Notes: generated by a model from the letters alone, not told the origin. A stretch of DNA of 64,000 bases from Minisyncoccota bacterium (GCA_041663005.1 JBAZRK010000002.1:205402-269401), one strand, 5' to 3'; shown: positions 1-10,686, counted from the first letter of the stretch. Program-made: numbers and translations.

Positions 1-1
1 C

Positions 2-208
2 ATTGAAGCAAAGAAAAAAGAAAGAGACTGGCTTCGTCGGCAATTGATAAATTTTGAATACATAATGATTCAAAGGAGTGTATGGGTCGGCCCATCTCCT
101 TTGCCAGAAGAGTTTCTAAACTATGTAAGGGCAATGGGACTGAAAGCTCATTTGAAAACCTTCAAATTAGCAAAAGCCTATACCGGAAAGGAGAGTATAT
201 TTAAATAA
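2..208 (+). CDS. hypothetical protein, C-terminal fragment (gene continues upstream of the window)
   Basis: Frame 2 is open from the window edge to the TAA at 206-208 (…IEAKKKERDWLRRQ…KAYTGKESIFK*). No recognisable family. Confidence 0.3.
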   Translation: MEAKKKERDWLRRQLINFEYIMIQRSVWVGPSPLPEEFLNYVRAMGLKAHLKTFKLAKAYTGKESIFK

Positions 209-380
209 AAACCCCCTTAGCATATTTACGCTATCGCGCATATATGTAATTTACTTGTTTTTTGAGGTGCCTGCAGGGGAGCGGGCTTTGCTCTGCTGCC
301 TTGTGCATAACCCATCCTTGCCAGGGCCTATCCGGGGGGGTACAATTTGGGTATTATTCTTTAATTCAAAATATAAAAAT

Positions 381-1181
381 ATGGGAAGAGATTCTGCTCC
401 AGGTTCAAAAGAAATAGATCCAAAAGAAGAAGATGCTAAAATAGCGCATGATGCTGAACAGCTAATGTTAGAAAATGGAGATGAGGAGATTCAAGTCGCA
501 ATTAACAAAGTCAAAGAGGAAATAGAAAGAATTCCCTTTAATTCATACTACAGAAAAGAGCAACGCTTGCAAGCAAAAATTAGAGGTTTCGAAACAATTC
601 TTAACAACAGAAAAAGAGAAAAAAATAGGGCGGCAGAAGGAGTAGATGATGTTGGGAAAGCTGAGGCTATGGCATATGCCATGAAGCCGGAAATGGACAA
701 TACTAACGACAGAAACAGATATATGAATTTAGATTTTCGACGCCGACATGAATCGTTTACTATGAGTAAAGCTGAGCGTGAAGAATACGAGCAACTAGGT
801 AGAAGATTTGGGGGTGAAGGATGGGGAAGAGGTCCTTCACATTTAGATAATTTACAGGAGAAGAAATGGGCAGAAGAAAATGCACAAGAGGCCGCCTATG
901 TATACGATGTTGAACAATCGGTGGCGGATAAGAGCGAGGCAGATATAGCTTCAGAGATGAACGGGCTAAAAGAGGAACTTCAAAAATTAGGTAAAGAAGA
1001 CGATAAGTATCTCAGGGCTGAAGATGGCACAAGGAGGGTTATGGAAAGAGAGGGATTTAATCGAGAAGAAGCTGTTCGCCGAATGGAACAAATGAGTAAA
1101 AGGAGATGGACTCTTGAAAAAATAGCTGAAAAAAGAAAAGTAGAAAGACTTTCGAAAGGCATAAAAGACAAGATGCAGTAA
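381..1181 (+). CDS. hypothetical highly charged (E/K/R-rich) protein
   Basis: Track ORF 255..1181. The ATG at 381 is the first in-frame ATG after an AT-rich leader. Low-complexity charged composition with coiled-coil character, no known motif. Confidence 0.45.
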   Translation: MGRDSAPGSKEIDPKEEDAKIAHDAEQLMLENGDEEIQVAINKVKEEIERIPFNSYYRKEQRLQAKIRGFETILNNRKREKNRAAEGVDDVGKAEAMAYAMKPEMDNTNDRNRYMNLDFRRRHESFTMSKAEREEYEQLGRRFGGEGWGRGPSHLDNLQEKKWAEENAQEAAYVYDVEQSVADKSEADIASEMNGLKEELQKLGKEDDKYLRAEDGTRRVMEREGFNREEAVRRMEQMSKRRWTLEKIAEKRKVERLSKGIKDKMQ

Positions 1182-1205
1182 CTATTAGTTTATTTGCAAA
1201 AAAGT

Positions 1206-1249
1206 GCCTGATGCGGTATAGTTCGACTAGCGCATCAGGCGCTTTTTTA
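1206..1249 (+). terminator. rho-independent terminator
   Basis: Stem GCCTGATGCG (1206-1215) pairs with CGCATCAGGC (1231-1240) and is followed by a T-tract (gcttttttat). A second imperfect hairpin follows at 1262-1290. Confidence 0.65.
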
Positions 1250-1321
1250 TTGCTTTATTACCCCGAAGGAAAGCAAAGCTTCCTACGGGGCAGGCATAAT
1301 TTATTATTTATTTAAATACTT

Positions 1322-3469
1322 ATGGAAAGAGATTACCCGTTAGAGAAAGTTAGAAACATTGGAATTATCGCGCACATCGATGCCGGGAAGACTACGACTA
1401 CTGAGCGTGTGCTTTTTTACACTGGAGTATCACACAAAATAGGAGAAGTTCACGACGGAGAAACTACCACCGACTGGATGGAGCAGGAACGAGAACGCGG
1501 AATCACAATTACTTCTGCGGCAGTTACTTGTTTCTGGACACCTACTTACGCGCTTGCAGATAAAACCAAGAAGCATCGTTTCAACATCATCGACACACCA
1601 GGACACATCGACTTTACCGTAGAGGTTAAGCGTTCTCTCCGCGTACTCGACGGAGCTGTTGTCGTTTTCGACGGCGTGGCCGGAGTAGAGCCTCAATCTG
1701 AAACTAACTGGAGATATGCCGACGAGGCGAAAGTTCCTCGCGTTTGTTTCGTAAACAAGCTTGACCGAACAGGCGCATCCTTCGAGCACTCATATGCCAC
1801 AATCCTAGACCGACTTACGAAGAAAGCAGTAAGAATGCAGATTCCTATCGGCCTAGAAGAGAAGCACGAAGGAGTGGTGGACCTTCTCAATATGAAGGCG
1901 TACTATTTCGAAGGAGAAATGGGCAACAAGGTTATTGAAAAAGAAATTCCGGAAGAATTAAAGAAAGAAGCGGAAGGATACCACCACGAGCTCATAGAAA
2001 AGATTGTTGAAACGGACGACAAGATGATGACCGAATACTTGGAGGGAATGACTCCATCCATAGAGACTTTGAAGAAAACTCTCCGCAAGGCGGTTATCGA
2101 CAACAACATTTTCCCAGTATTTGCCGGCAGCGCCCTCAAGAACAAAGGGGTGCAATTGGTGCTCGACGCCGTTGTCGACTACCTACCGTCACCACTAGAC
2201 ATTCCACCGATAGGGGGAGTGGACCCTAACACTGACGAGAAAGCTCTACGCCATGCTTCTGATGAAGAACCTTTCGCAGCACTTGCCTTCAAGGTGGCTA
2301 CCGATCCGTTCGTTGGACAGCTCATATTCTTCCGAGTATATTCCGGAACTCTTGCAGCTGGAAGCTACATCTATAACCCTCGCACCAGGAACAAAGAACG
2401 CATCGGCCGAATTTTGCGTATGCATGCCAACGACCGAGAAGAAGTGAAAAAAGTTTTCGCCGGAGAAATTGCCGCTGCTGTGGGACTCAAAGACACAATT
2501 ACCTCAGATACTATCTGCGACGAGAACAATCCTATCGAGCTTGACCGAATTGTCTTCCCTGAGCCTGTCATCTCTCTCCGCATTGAACCTAAGACCAAGT
2601 CCGACCAGGAGAAAATGGGTATGGCGCTTAACCGTTTGGCCCAAGAAGATCCGACCTTCAAAGTTTCTACCGACCAAGAAACCGGGGAGACAATCATCGC
2701 TGGAATGGGAGAGCTTCACCTTGAAATCATTGTGGACCGTATGAAGCGAGAATTTTCCGTTGAAGCTAACGTCGGCAAGCCACAGGTTGCTTATCGCGAG
2801 ACAATTACGACAAATGCCGATGCGGAAGGTAAATACATCAAGCAGTCAGGAGGACGCGGAAACTACGGTCACGTCAAGATTAAAATTAAACCAATGGAGC
2901 TTCTCACCAAAGAAGAACTGGAAGATTTGCCGAAAAATACCAAGCGCGACGACCATTTCGAATTTGTTAACAACATCAAGGGAGGTGTTATTCCACAAGA
3001 ATACATCGCGCCTTGTGAGAAGGGCTTCCGTGAAGGTTTGGACCGTGGAGTGCTCGCCGGATTTAAAATGGTTAACGTTTCCGTCAATCTCTGGGACGGT
3101 AGCTATCACGAAGTGGACTCGAACGAAATGGCTTTCAAAATTGCCGCTTCGATGGCAATACAAGACGCTTGCAAGAGTGCCAAGCCGGTAATCCTCGAAC
3201 CGATGATGAAAGTTGAAGTTGTTACCCCGGAGAAATTTATGGGAGACGTCACCGGTAACCTCTCTTCTAAGCGAGGACTTATCGAAGGTATGGAAGACCG
3301 AGGAATGAACAAGGTTATGCGCGCGATAGTGCCGCTCTCCGAAATGTTCGGATATATGACCGGACTCCGCTCAATGACCGAAGGCCGCGCTTCTTTCACT
3401 ATGGAATTCTACCGTTACGACATTGTGCCTAACAATGTTGCCGAGACAATCATTGCCGCTAGGAAATAA
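1322..3469 (+). CDS. fusA: translation elongation factor G
   Basis: N-terminal GTPase motif [32 protein letters not shown]; 715 aa typical of EF-G. Confidence 0.95.
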   Translation: MERDYPLEKVRNIGIIAHIDAGKTTTTERVLFYTGVSHKIGEVHDGETTTDWMEQERERGITITSAAVTCFWTPTYALADKTKKHRFNIIDTPGHIDFTVEVKRSLRVLDGAVVVFDGVAGVEPQSETNWRYADEAKVPRVCFVNKLDRTGASFEHSYATILDRLTKKAVRMQIPIGLEEKHEGVVDLLNMKAYYFEGEMGNKVIEKEIPEELKKEAEGYHHELIEKIVETDDKMMTEYLEGMTPSIETLKKTLRKAVIDNNIFPVFAGSALKNKGVQLVLDAVVDYLPSPLDIPPIGGVDPNTDEKALRHASDEEPFAALAFKVATDPFVGQLIFFRVYSGTLAAGSYIYNPRTRNKERIGRILRMHANDREEVKKVFAGEIAAAVGLKDTITSDTICDENNPIELDRIVFPEPVISLRIEPKTKSDQEKMGMALNRLAQEDPTFKVSTDQETGETIIAGMGELHLEIIVDRMKREFSVEANVGKPQVAYRETITTNADAEGKYIKQSGGRGNYGHVKIKIKPMELLTKEELEDLPKNTKRDDHFEFVNNIKGGVIPQEYIAPCEKGFREGLDRGVLAGFKMVNVSVNLWDGSYHEVDSNEMAFKIAASMAIQDACKSAKPVILEPMMKVEVVTPEKFMGDVTGNLSSKRGLIEGMEDRGMNKVMRAIVPLSEMFGYMTGLRSMTEGRASFTMEFYRYDIVPNNVAETIIAARK

Positions 3470-3491
3470 CGTAAACAAATTTTACCGGTAC

Positions 3492-3515
3492 GGATTTTTT
3501 AAGCTTAAAAAATCC
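3492..3515. terminator. perfect 24-nt palindrome/hairpin downstream of fusA (putative terminator)
   Basis: GGATTTTTTAAGCTTAAAAAATCC is a perfect inverted repeat giving a 12-bp stem. Confidence 0.4.
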
Positions 3516-3595
3516 TGAAGTTTTCGGCTCGACAGCCTCAAAACCCCTCAAAAATCTGTTTCCGTTATTTTCTGTTTTTTGCTATTATATTAATA

Positions 3596-4675
3596 ATGTT
3601 ATATACGCCTTTCTACGACCCAAGTAAAACATACGAAGAAAACTTCGCAGAAGGACCATTTGGGGTTTTTGCCCGCCCGACTGAGCAGTCGTTCGGGCGG
3701 GCTGACGGGGAACCAAAATATGATTTCCTTGGCGTTAAAGTAAATTCGCCATTCGGAATTCCTGCCGGACCATTGATCAATTCAAATTTTTGTAAAGGAG
3801 CATTTGAAAAAGGGTTTGATATTTGTGTCTATAAGACAGTGCGCTCGGGAGTTTACCCCTGCCACCCATTTCCCAATGTTTTGTCAGTAAAAATTGAGGG
3901 GAATCTGACTTTGGAAAAAGCTCAGGAAAAATTAATTGCCGACAATAATTATGTTGAGCCGATTTCTATAACTAATTCTTTCGGCGTGCCTTCGCGAGAA
4001 GCGACAGCTTGGCAGGACGATGTAAAACAAGCACTTACTTATGCGCGAGCTGGGCAAGTTTTAGTTTTAGGTTTTATGGGTACAGTGCGCGAAGGGCTGA
4101 CAGCGGAAGAATTTATTGCTGACTACGCGCTGGCAGCAAAACAAGCCAAAGAAACAGGAGTAAAAATTCTAGAGACAAATTTATCTTGTCCCAACATCGG
4201 TAACGAAGGTCTTGTCTGCTACAACCTAGATATGACAGCAAAAGTTTGCACAGCTATACGAAAAGAAATAGGGGACACCCCGCTCATTTTAAAAGTTGGC
4301 TACTATAAAGACTATGAAGATGTGAAAAAGCTCGCAGAAATTTGTAAGAAATATGCGCAGGCAATTTCGGCCATCAATACTATCCCCGCAGAAATTGTGG
4401 ACAAAGAAGGGAAGCAAGCATTGCCTGGGCCCAACAGAGTAAAATCAGGAGTATGCGGAGCATCTATAAAATGGGCGGGGCTCGAAATGGCAGAAAAGTT
4501 GAAGAAAGCCCGTACGGAAATAGGCGCAGGGTTTAAAATTATTGGTGTCGGCGGAGTTATGACTTCCGAGGATTTCTTTGAATACCGAAAAGCTGGGGCG
4601 GATTTCGTAATGTCGGCTACCGGAGCTATGTGGAACCCTCATCTTGCTAAAGAGATAAAAGAAAGGCTAGAATAA
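3596..4675 (+). CDS. pyrD: dihydroorotate dehydrogenase-like flavoprotein (class 1 PyrD family)
   Basis: NLSCPN active-site motif, C-terminal IGVGGV FMN-binding motif, TIM-barrel-like layout; neighbour of pyrE and pyrF. Confidence 0.55.
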   Translation: MLYTPFYDPSKTYEENFAEGPFGVFARPTEQSFGRADGEPKYDFLGVKVNSPFGIPAGPLINSNFCKGAFEKGFDICVYKTVRSGVYPCHPFPNVLSVKIEGNLTLEKAQEKLIADNNYVEPISITNSFGVPSREATAWQDDVKQALTYARAGQVLVLGFMGTVREGLTAEEFIADYALAAKQAKETGVKILETNLSCPNIGNEGLVCYNLDMTAKVCTAIRKEIGDTPLILKVGYYKDYEDVKKLAEICKKYAQAISAINTIPAEIVDKEGKQALPGPNRVKSGVCGASIKWAGLEMAEKLKKARTEIGAGFKIIGVGGVMTSEDFFEYRKAGADFVMSATGAMWNPHLAKEIKERLE

Positions 4676-4679
4676 CAAT

Positions 4680-5306
4680 ATGGATATCATTTCTTTACTA
4701 AAAGCCGTAGGCGCTGTAATGCCGGACAGCCATTTTGTCGGAGTGTCAGGCAAGCATATGGCGACCTACATTACCAAAGACGCTTTATTCCCCCACGTTT
4801 TAGAAGTTGAAAAAGTTTGCCAGATGTTTGCTGAAAAAAATAAAGATGTAGATGTAGATGTAGATGTGGTTGCGGCGCCCGCACTCGGGGGAATAATTTT
4901 AGCTCAAGGTACTGCTTATGCGCTCTCTAAAATTAAAGGCAAAGAAATTCTAGCGATATTTACGGAAAAAACAGGAGATGGGGATCAGGTTTTCACCAGA
5001 GGGTACGATAAATACGTCGCTGGCAAAAATGTTCTAGTTTTAGAAGATTTAACGACGACGGGGGGCTCAGTGCAAAAAGTTATAGCAAGTGTAAAGAAGG
5101 CGGGAGGAAATGTGCTGGCTGTCTCCGTAATGGTAAATAAATCTCCAAAAGTAGTTAATAGCGAGATGTTTGGCGTGCCACTGAGGGCCCTCGGAGAGCT
5201 TGAGATAGAAAATTATGATGCCGAAAATTGCCCGCTTTGTAAAAATAATATTCCTATCAATACAGACTTCGGACACGGTAAGAAATTTTTAGAATCCAAA
5301 AAATAG
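4680..5306 (+). CDS. pyrE: orotate phosphoribosyltransferase (type I PRTase)
   Basis: PRPP-binding motif VLVLEDLTTTGGS; about 200 aa; lies between pyrD-like and pyrF. Contains an in-frame (GATGTA)x4 repeat encoding DVDVDVDV. Confidence 0.55.
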   Translation: MDIISLLKAVGAVMPDSHFVGVSGKHMATYITKDALFPHVLEVEKVCQMFAEKNKDVDVDVDVVAAPALGGIILAQGTAYALSKIKGKEILAIFTEKTGDGDQVFTRGYDKYVAGKNVLVLEDLTTTGGSVQKVIASVKKAGGNVLAVSVMVNKSPKVVNSEMFGVPLRALGELEIENYDAENCPLCKNNIPINTDFGHGKKFLESKK

Positions 5307-5307
5307 C

Positions 5308-5982
5308 ATGAAAAAACTAATTTTAGCCTTGGATGAAATACAAAACCTTGATGATGCGGTCAGTCTTGTAAAAAAGGTTGGTTCTTTGATGTATGCCGTA
5401 AAAATTCACAATTTGTATGACAAGTTCGGGCCCGATGTGGTGCGACTACTTAAAGAAGCTGGAGCCGAAAAAGTATGGGTAGACTATAAGCTTTATGATA
5501 TTCCCAACACGGGTAAACTTCGTGGAGAAAGCATTGTGGCAGACATAATATCTGTCCACGCCTCCGGGGGAATAAAGATGATGCAAGAGATAGTTGCCGG
5601 AGGTAAGGAAGTTTTTGCGGTGACGATGCTTACATCTTTCTCTCGGGATGAGGTGAAGCAGATTTATAACAGGGAAGTGGACGAAGCGGTTGTGGTCTTA
5701 GCCCGCTTGGCTAAAGAAGCCGGAGTTTCCGGAGTAGTATGCTCACCCCAAGAAATTAAAATTCTCAGAGGCAATCCTGAGTTTAAAGATTTAAAACTTG
5801 TAGTTCCAGGAATTCGGTCTTCGGGAGTTAGTGCAGATGATCAAATGAGAATAGGCACCCCGTCCCAAGCGCTCGAAGATGGAGCGGACTACTTAGTGAT
5901 AGGCAGGCAAATAACCGAGGCCCCGGACCCTGAGGTAGAAACAATAAAACTTTGCGAAGAAATTAGAAAACTTAGGAACTAA
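5308..5982 (+). CDS. pyrF: orotidine 5'-phosphate decarboxylase
   Basis: LILALDxxxxxxAxxLV N-terminus, VKIHxxxD, and the DYKLYDIPNT catalytic lysine/aspartate motif. Confidence 0.7.
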   Translation: MKKLILALDEIQNLDDAVSLVKKVGSLMYAVKIHNLYDKFGPDVVRLLKEAGAEKVWVDYKLYDIPNTGKLRGESIVADIISVHASGGIKMMQEIVAGGKEVFAVTMLTSFSRDEVKQIYNREVDEAVVVLARLAKEAGVSGVVCSPQEIKILRGNPEFKDLKLVVPGIRSSGVSADDQMRIGTPSQALEDGADYLVIGRQITEAPDPEVETIKLCEEIRKLRN

Positions 5983-5987
5983 TAAAT

Positions 5988-6434
5988 ATGAGCGAAAAAT
6001 ATAGTCTTGATGCAGGTATCCCAGTACAAAAGCCAATAGAAAATAAGGAAAAGTTACCCAAAGTATTATTAGCAGAGGACAATGAAAGTGTTCGGGTTGC
6101 GACCGAGATGATGCTTGAAATGGCTGGGTATGAGACTGAAGTAGTTGAGAATGGAAAAGAATTACTGGATAGAGTTTTAAGCGGAGGTAAAATAAATTTT
6201 ATTGTAACTGACAATGAAATGCCAGAAATGGACGGACTTGAGGCCATCAAACTTATCAGAAATGATTCTCGGTTTGCCTCTACGCCAATAATAATGCATT
6301 CGGGGTCGCTGACAAAAGACATAATTGACCATGCGACGTCACTTCGGGTAGTTTGCTTAGGTAAGCCGTATTCGTTTGATGATTTTGAGGAGGCTCTTAA
6401 AAGAGCAAAGGCCCTAGTGCTAATGGGGGAATAA
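5988..6434 (+). CDS. stand-alone response regulator receiver (CheY-like REC) domain protein
   Basis: KVLLAEDN…TDNEMPEMDGLEAIKLIR is a typical REC domain, with the phospho-accepting Asp in TDNEMP. Confidence 0.7.
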   Translation: MSEKYSLDAGIPVQKPIENKEKLPKVLLAEDNESVRVATEMMLEMAGYETEVVENGKELLDRVLSGGKINFIVTDNEMPEMDGLEAIKLIRNDSRFASTPIIMHSGSLTKDIIDHATSLRVVCLGKPYSFDDFEEALKRAKALVLMGE

Positions 6435-6448
6435 GCCAAATACCATAT

Positions 6449-6476
6449 TTGACAATGGCTGGAAATTTGCTACTAT
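6449..6476 (+). promoter_or_regulatory. sigma70-type promoter (TTGACA-N16-TACTAT) with a conserved AATTTGC spacer
   Basis: -35 TTGACA at 6449-6454 and -10 TACTAT at 6471-6476. The same AATTTGCTA(C/G)TAT block recurs at 10701-10714 and 14453-14465. Confidence 0.45.
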
Positions 6477-6483
6477 GGTAAAT

Positions 6484-6515
6484 AACTGCACTTTCTGCAG
6501 TTTTTGTTTTGTTTT
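6484..6515 (+). promoter_or_regulatory. hairpin plus U-tract in the tuf leader (attenuator/terminator-like)
   Basis: AACTGCA (6484-6490) pairs with TGCAGTT (6496-6502), followed by tttttgttttgtttt. Confidence 0.35.
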
Positions 6516-6603
6516 ATAAATTTATTAGTTAATCTTGTTAGTAATTAGGCCTTAGCGACTGGTTCTCGTACGTTAAGTTTTAATTAGTAACTCAAATAAG
6601 CAT

Positions 6604-7797
6604 ATGGCAGAAGAATTTAAGAGAGATAAGCCGCACATCAATGTCGGCACCATTGGTCACGTTGACCATGGAAAGACAACTTTAACCGCGGCAATCCTCC
6701 ATGTTTTAAACATGATGGGGAACACAGTTAGACTTCGCGGAGTCGACCAAATCGACAACGCTCCCGAGGAAAAAGCTCGTGGAATCACTATTAACATTTC
6801 TCACAACGAGTACGCTACAGAAGCGCGTCACTATGCGCACATTGACGCTCCCGGACACGCCGACTACATCAAGAACATGATTACTGGTGCCGCTCAAATG
6901 GACGGTGCTATTCTTGTGGTTGCCGCAACAGACGGAGCTATGCCTCAGACTCGCGAACACGTTTTGCTCGCAAAGCAGGTTGGCGTGCCTAAAATCATTG
7001 TTTTCTTGAACAAATGCGACATGGTTGATGATAAAGATATGATTGACCTTGTTGAAGAAGAAATTCGTGAACTCCTTACAAAACAAGGCTTTGATGGCGC
7101 TGGCGCACCGGTTATCCGAGGCTCTGCTCTAAAAGCTCTTGAATCTTCTTCAAAGGACGATGAATGGGCCAAGAAAGTTGCTGAATTGGTAAATGCTCTC
7201 GATACTTACATCCCTATCCCAGAACGAGATGTTACCAAGCCTTTCCTTATGCCAGTTGAAGACATATTCTCAATCGAAGGCCGCGGTACAGTTGTAACCG
7301 GTAAAATCGAAAGAGGAATAGTTAAAGTAGGGGAAGAAGTGGAAGTAGTTGGTATTAAAGCTACCCAGAAGACCACAGTTACCGGTATCGAAATGTTTAA
7401 CAAGAACTTGCAAGAGGGTATGGCTGGCGACAACGCTGGTATTCTCCTCCGAGGTCTTAAGAAAGAAGATATAACTCGAGGACAGGTTCTCTGTAAGCCC
7501 GGTACAACTACCCCACACGATAACTTCACTGCAGAAATTTACGTGTTGAAAAAGGAAGAAGGTGGACGACACACTCCATTCTTCAAGGGATACAAACCTC
7601 AGTTCTACATCCGAACTACGGACGTGACTGGAGATGTTACCTTGGCAGAAGGAACCGAAATGGTTATGCCTGGAGATACGGTTAAGATTACAGTTAAATT
7701 AGTAACCCCGGTTGCCCTAGAAGAAGCCCAGAGATTTGCTATCCGAGAAGGAGGCAAGACGGTTGGGGCCGGAGTTGTTACGAAGATCTTAGGATAA
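6604..7797 (+). CDS. tuf: translation elongation factor Tu
   Basis: [26 protein letters not shown] motifs; 397 aa. Confidence 0.95.
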   Translation: MAEEFKRDKPHINVGTIGHVDHGKTTLTAAILHVLNMMGNTVRLRGVDQIDNAPEEKARGITINISHNEYATEARHYAHIDAPGHADYIKNMITGAAQMDGAILVVAATDGAMPQTREHVLLAKQVGVPKIIVFLNKCDMVDDKDMIDLVEEEIRELLTKQGFDGAGAPVIRGSALKALESSSKDDEWAKKVAELVNALDTYIPIPERDVTKPFLMPVEDIFSIEGRGTVVTGKIERGIVKVGEEVEVVGIKATQKTTVTGIEMFNKNLQEGMAGDNAGILLRGLKKEDITRGQVLCKPGTTTPHDNFTAEIYVLKKEEGGRHTPFFKGYKPQFYIRTTDVTGDVTLAEGTEMVMPGDTVKITVKLVTPVALEEAQRFAIREGGKTVGAGVVTKILG

Positions 7798-7820
7798 TAA
7801 ATTAAAAGTTAGATAGTTCC

Positions 7821-8237
7821 ATGACAACAGCAGATACCAAAGTAGAAAGCAAGACAAAAAAGAAGGCTAGCAAGGCCAAGAAGCCTTCGACTGCCGACAA
7901 GAAAGACAAGCCGGCTAAAGCAGCAGACGGTCGCGTAACGCTTCGTATACGAGTGCGAGCTTACGAGAGCAAGATTCTGGATGCTTCAGTTAAACAAATA
8001 ATGGATACTGCTGTTCGTTATGACGCGGAGATAGTAGGCCCTGTGCCACTTCCGACAGAAATCAAAAAATACACGGTTAACCGCGCTTCTTTTATCTACA
8101 AAAATACACGAGAACAGTTTGAGATAAGAGTCCACAAGCGATTAATCGATATTGTAAATCCGAACGCCAAGACCGTAGAGGCTCTGACCAACTTAACCCT
8201 GCCTTCCGGAGTCGACATAGATGTAAAAATGATGTAA
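7821..8237 (+). CDS. rpsJ: 30S ribosomal protein S10 with an ~37-aa lysine-rich N-terminal extension
   Basis: The S10 core is present (RIRVRAYESKILD…PVPLPTE…IDIVNP…). The N-terminal extension is MTTADTKVESKTKKKASKAKKPSTADKKDKPAKAADG. Confidence 0.85.
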   Translation: MTTADTKVESKTKKKASKAKKPSTADKKDKPAKAADGRVTLRIRVRAYESKILDASVKQIMDTAVRYDAEIVGPVPLPTEIKKYTVNRASFIYKNTREQFEIRVHKRLIDIVNPNAKTVEALTNLTLPSGVDIDVKMM

Positions 8238-8258
8238 CGCCTGAGGCAAATAACCTTT

Positions 8259-8840
8259 ATGAAATTTATTCTTGGAAAAAAAGAAAATATGGCGGAATAC
8301 TTTGCTGAAAACGGCCAGGTTGTTCCGGTGACCATAGTTTCCATCTTGCCTGGAGTTGTCAAAAAGATTTTTTCCAAGGAAAAGGACGGCTATGATTCCG
8401 TCCAGATAAGTTGGGGCGCAATCAAGAACAAAAAAAGCACCAAAGAAAAGTTGAAAGAATTTAGGCTGAAAGCTGGAGATAAGGTGGACCTAAAAGAAGG
8501 AGATACCATAAGCATGGAAAGCTTTCTTCCTGGAGACAAGATAGTGGTTTCAAGTGTTTCCAAGGGTAAGGGTTTCCAGGGCGTAGTTAAACGCCACGGA
8601 TTTTCCGGTGGACCTCGTTCCCACGGACAGAAGCATTCTGAAAGAGAGCCTGGATCCATCGGCGGGGGACTCCGCACCCACGTACCGAAAGGTATGCGTA
8701 TGGCCGGCCGTATGGGCTCCGACAGAATTACCCAAAAGAATTTGAAAGTTGTTTTAGTTGATAAAGAAAATAATTTTATGTTGGTCAAGGGTGCCATCGC
8801 CGGCAAACGCGGAACCTTGGTAGAAATAATAAGCAGATAA
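8259..8840 (+). CDS. rplC: 50S ribosomal protein L3
   Basis: L3 signature GxxKGKGFQGVVKRHGF; the start may instead be the internal ATG at 8289. Confidence 0.85.
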   Translation: MKFILGKKENMAEYFAENGQVVPVTIVSILPGVVKKIFSKEKDGYDSVQISWGAIKNKKSTKEKLKEFRLKAGDKVDLKEGDTISMESFLPGDKIVVSSVSKGKGFQGVVKRHGFSGGPRSHGQKHSEREPGSIGGGLRTHVPKGMRMAGRMGSDRITQKNLKVVLVDKENNFMLVKGAIAGKRGTLVEIISR

Positions 8841-8849
8841 TTTATCGCA

Positions 8850-9509
8850 ATGGAAGCAAAAATATACAACCAAAAAGGCAAGGAAGCAGGCACGATAAAT
8901 TTGCCCGAGAAAGTTTTCGGCGCGCCTTGGAGATCAGACTTGGTTCACCAGGTTATCGAAGGGATGAGAAGCAACAAACGTTCTGGTACTGCTGACACCA
9001 AGGGCCGAGGTGAAGTACGCGGCGGAGGTAAAAAGCCTTGGAAGCAAAAGGGTACCGGACGAGCCCGACACGGTTCTACTCGAAGCCCTATTTGGGTAGG
9101 AGGAGGTGTGACCCACGGTCCATTAGCCGAGAAAAACTACAAACGAAAGATTACCAAGTCTATGCGTGCGCAAGCCCTTTACTCAGTGCTCTCCAAGAAG
9201 CTTAAAGATGGCGAAATAGTTTTCGTTGACTCCTTATCTCTACCAGGAATCAAAACAAAGGATGCCCTGGCAGTTATGGAAAGTTTGTCTAAGGCTTCGG
9301 GACTAAAAGCCTTCGGAGGTTCCAAGAAGAAGCGCGTACTTACCGCTCTCTTAGAGCGAAACGTTAACGCCGAAAGAAGCTTCAGAAATTTGCCACAGCT
9401 TGAAATGGTTTTTGTGAAAAATTTGAATCCGCTCGACGTCCTAAATCACCAATACCTTTTAATAGAAAATCCGGAGAAAGCCGCTGAATTTTTAGTAAGC
9501 AGAGGCTAA
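8850..9509 (+). CDS. rplD: 50S ribosomal protein L4
   Basis: Position after L3; KGRGEVRGGGKKPWKQKGTGRAR motif. Confidence 0.85.
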   Translation: MEAKIYNQKGKEAGTINLPEKVFGAPWRSDLVHQVIEGMRSNKRSGTADTKGRGEVRGGGKKPWKQKGTGRARHGSTRSPIWVGGGVTHGPLAEKNYKRKITKSMRAQALYSVLSKKLKDGEIVFVDSLSLPGIKTKDALAVMESLSKASGLKAFGGSKKKRVLTALLERNVNAERSFRNLPQLEMVFVKNLNPLDVLNHQYLLIENPEKAAEFLVSRG

Positions 9510-9516
9510 TTAATTT

Positions 9517-9789
9517 ATGAATACGAACATTATAAAAAATCCAAGGGTTACCGAGAAGGGGAGTTATTCCTTGGAGCATAACGTGTATACCTTTGACATA
9601 ACCAAAGAAGCTACTAAGGCTGAAATTAAAAAGGCGATTTTTGCTTTGTACAAAGTACACCCTGTTAAGGTTAACGTACTTGCTATCCCAAAGAAAAATG
9701 TAATGCTTCGAGGGAAGCCTGGATCAAAGGGCGGGGGAAGGAAAGCTTTTGTATATCTCAAGGACGGAGATAAGATAGAATTTGTATAA
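9517..9789 (+). CDS. rplW: 50S ribosomal protein L23
   Basis: Size (90 aa), position between L4 and L2, and sequence consistent with L23. Confidence 0.8.
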   Translation: MNTNIIKNPRVTEKGSYSLEHNVYTFDITKEATKAEIKKAIFALYKVHPVKVNVLAIPKKNVMLRGKPGSKGGGRKAFVYLKDGDKIEFV

Positions 9790-9815
9790 CACTAGAACAA
9801 TTTTGAGATAAAACC

Positions 9816-10655
9816 ATGAAATCATACAAACCGACAAGCAAATCACGAAGACAAATGACCAACGTCACCTACCGGGGAGTTTTGACTACTTCCACTCCGG
9901 AAAAGTCTCTAACCCACGGTTGGAAACGCGCCGTTGGACGCAACAGCCAAGGCCGCATTACGATGCGACACAAGGGTTCGGGCCACAAGAGACTCTATCG
10001 GGATGTTGATTTCCTTTATAACAAGAAAGATATTCCGGCGAAAATAGTTTCAGTAGAATACGACCCAAACCGCAGCGCCTTCATAGGGCTTGCTATATAC
10101 AAAGATGGCGAGAAAAGATATGTAGTTCTTCCGAAGTCCCTCAAAGCCGGCAGCACATTTGTTGTTTCAGTCAAAGCTCCGCTTGAGCCTGGAAATCGTT
10201 TGCCACTTAAAAATATTCCAGTAGGAACATTTGTTTACAACATCGAACTTAAGCCACAAGGAGGAGCTAAGATTGGTCGCTCCGCAGGAATATTCGCGCA
10301 AGTTGTGGCGAATGCCGAAGGATACACGAACATAAAAATGCCTTCAAGCGAAGTTCGCAAAGTAAGCGAAAATTGCTGGGCGACAATAGGCACAGTTTCA
10401 AACGAAGAACATCATTTGGAAAATTATGGTAAAGCGGGACGCAGTCGCTGGAAGGGAATCAGGCCAACAGTCCGCGGTACCGCGATGAACCCGGTAGACC
10501 ATCCATACGGAGGAGGAGAAGGCAGACAAGGCCGTGGTACAAAAAGACCGAAAACAATGTGGGGTAAAGTCACCGGAGGACGCAAAACGAGGAGCCCTAA
10601 GAAATACTCAAACGTCTTCATAGTCTCTCGCCGAAAAACAGGAAAAAACAAATAA
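9816..10655 (+). CDS. rplB: 50S ribosomal protein L2
   Basis: Conserved L2 C-terminus GTAMNPVDHPYGGGEG; 279 aa. Confidence 0.9.
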   Translation: MKSYKPTSKSRRQMTNVTYRGVLTTSTPEKSLTHGWKRAVGRNSQGRITMRHKGSGHKRLYRDVDFLYNKKDIPAKIVSVEYDPNRSAFIGLAIYKDGEKRYVVLPKSLKAGSTFVVSVKAPLEPGNRLPLKNIPVGTFVYNIELKPQGGAKIGRSAGIFAQVVANAEGYTNIKMPSSEVRKVSENCWATIGTVSNEEHHLENYGKAGRSRWKGIRPTVRGTAMNPVDHPYGGGEGRQGRGTKRPKTMWGKVTGGRKTRSPKKYSNVFIVSRRKTGKNK

Positions 10656-10661
10656 AAAATT

Positions 10662-10684
10662 AAAAGCCCCGAACGGGGCTTTTA
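10662..10684 (+). terminator. intrinsic terminator inside the ribosomal cluster, after rplB
   Basis: AAAAGCCCCGAACGGGGCTTTT: GC stem with a T-tract. Confidence 0.6.
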
Positions 10685-10686
10685 AT

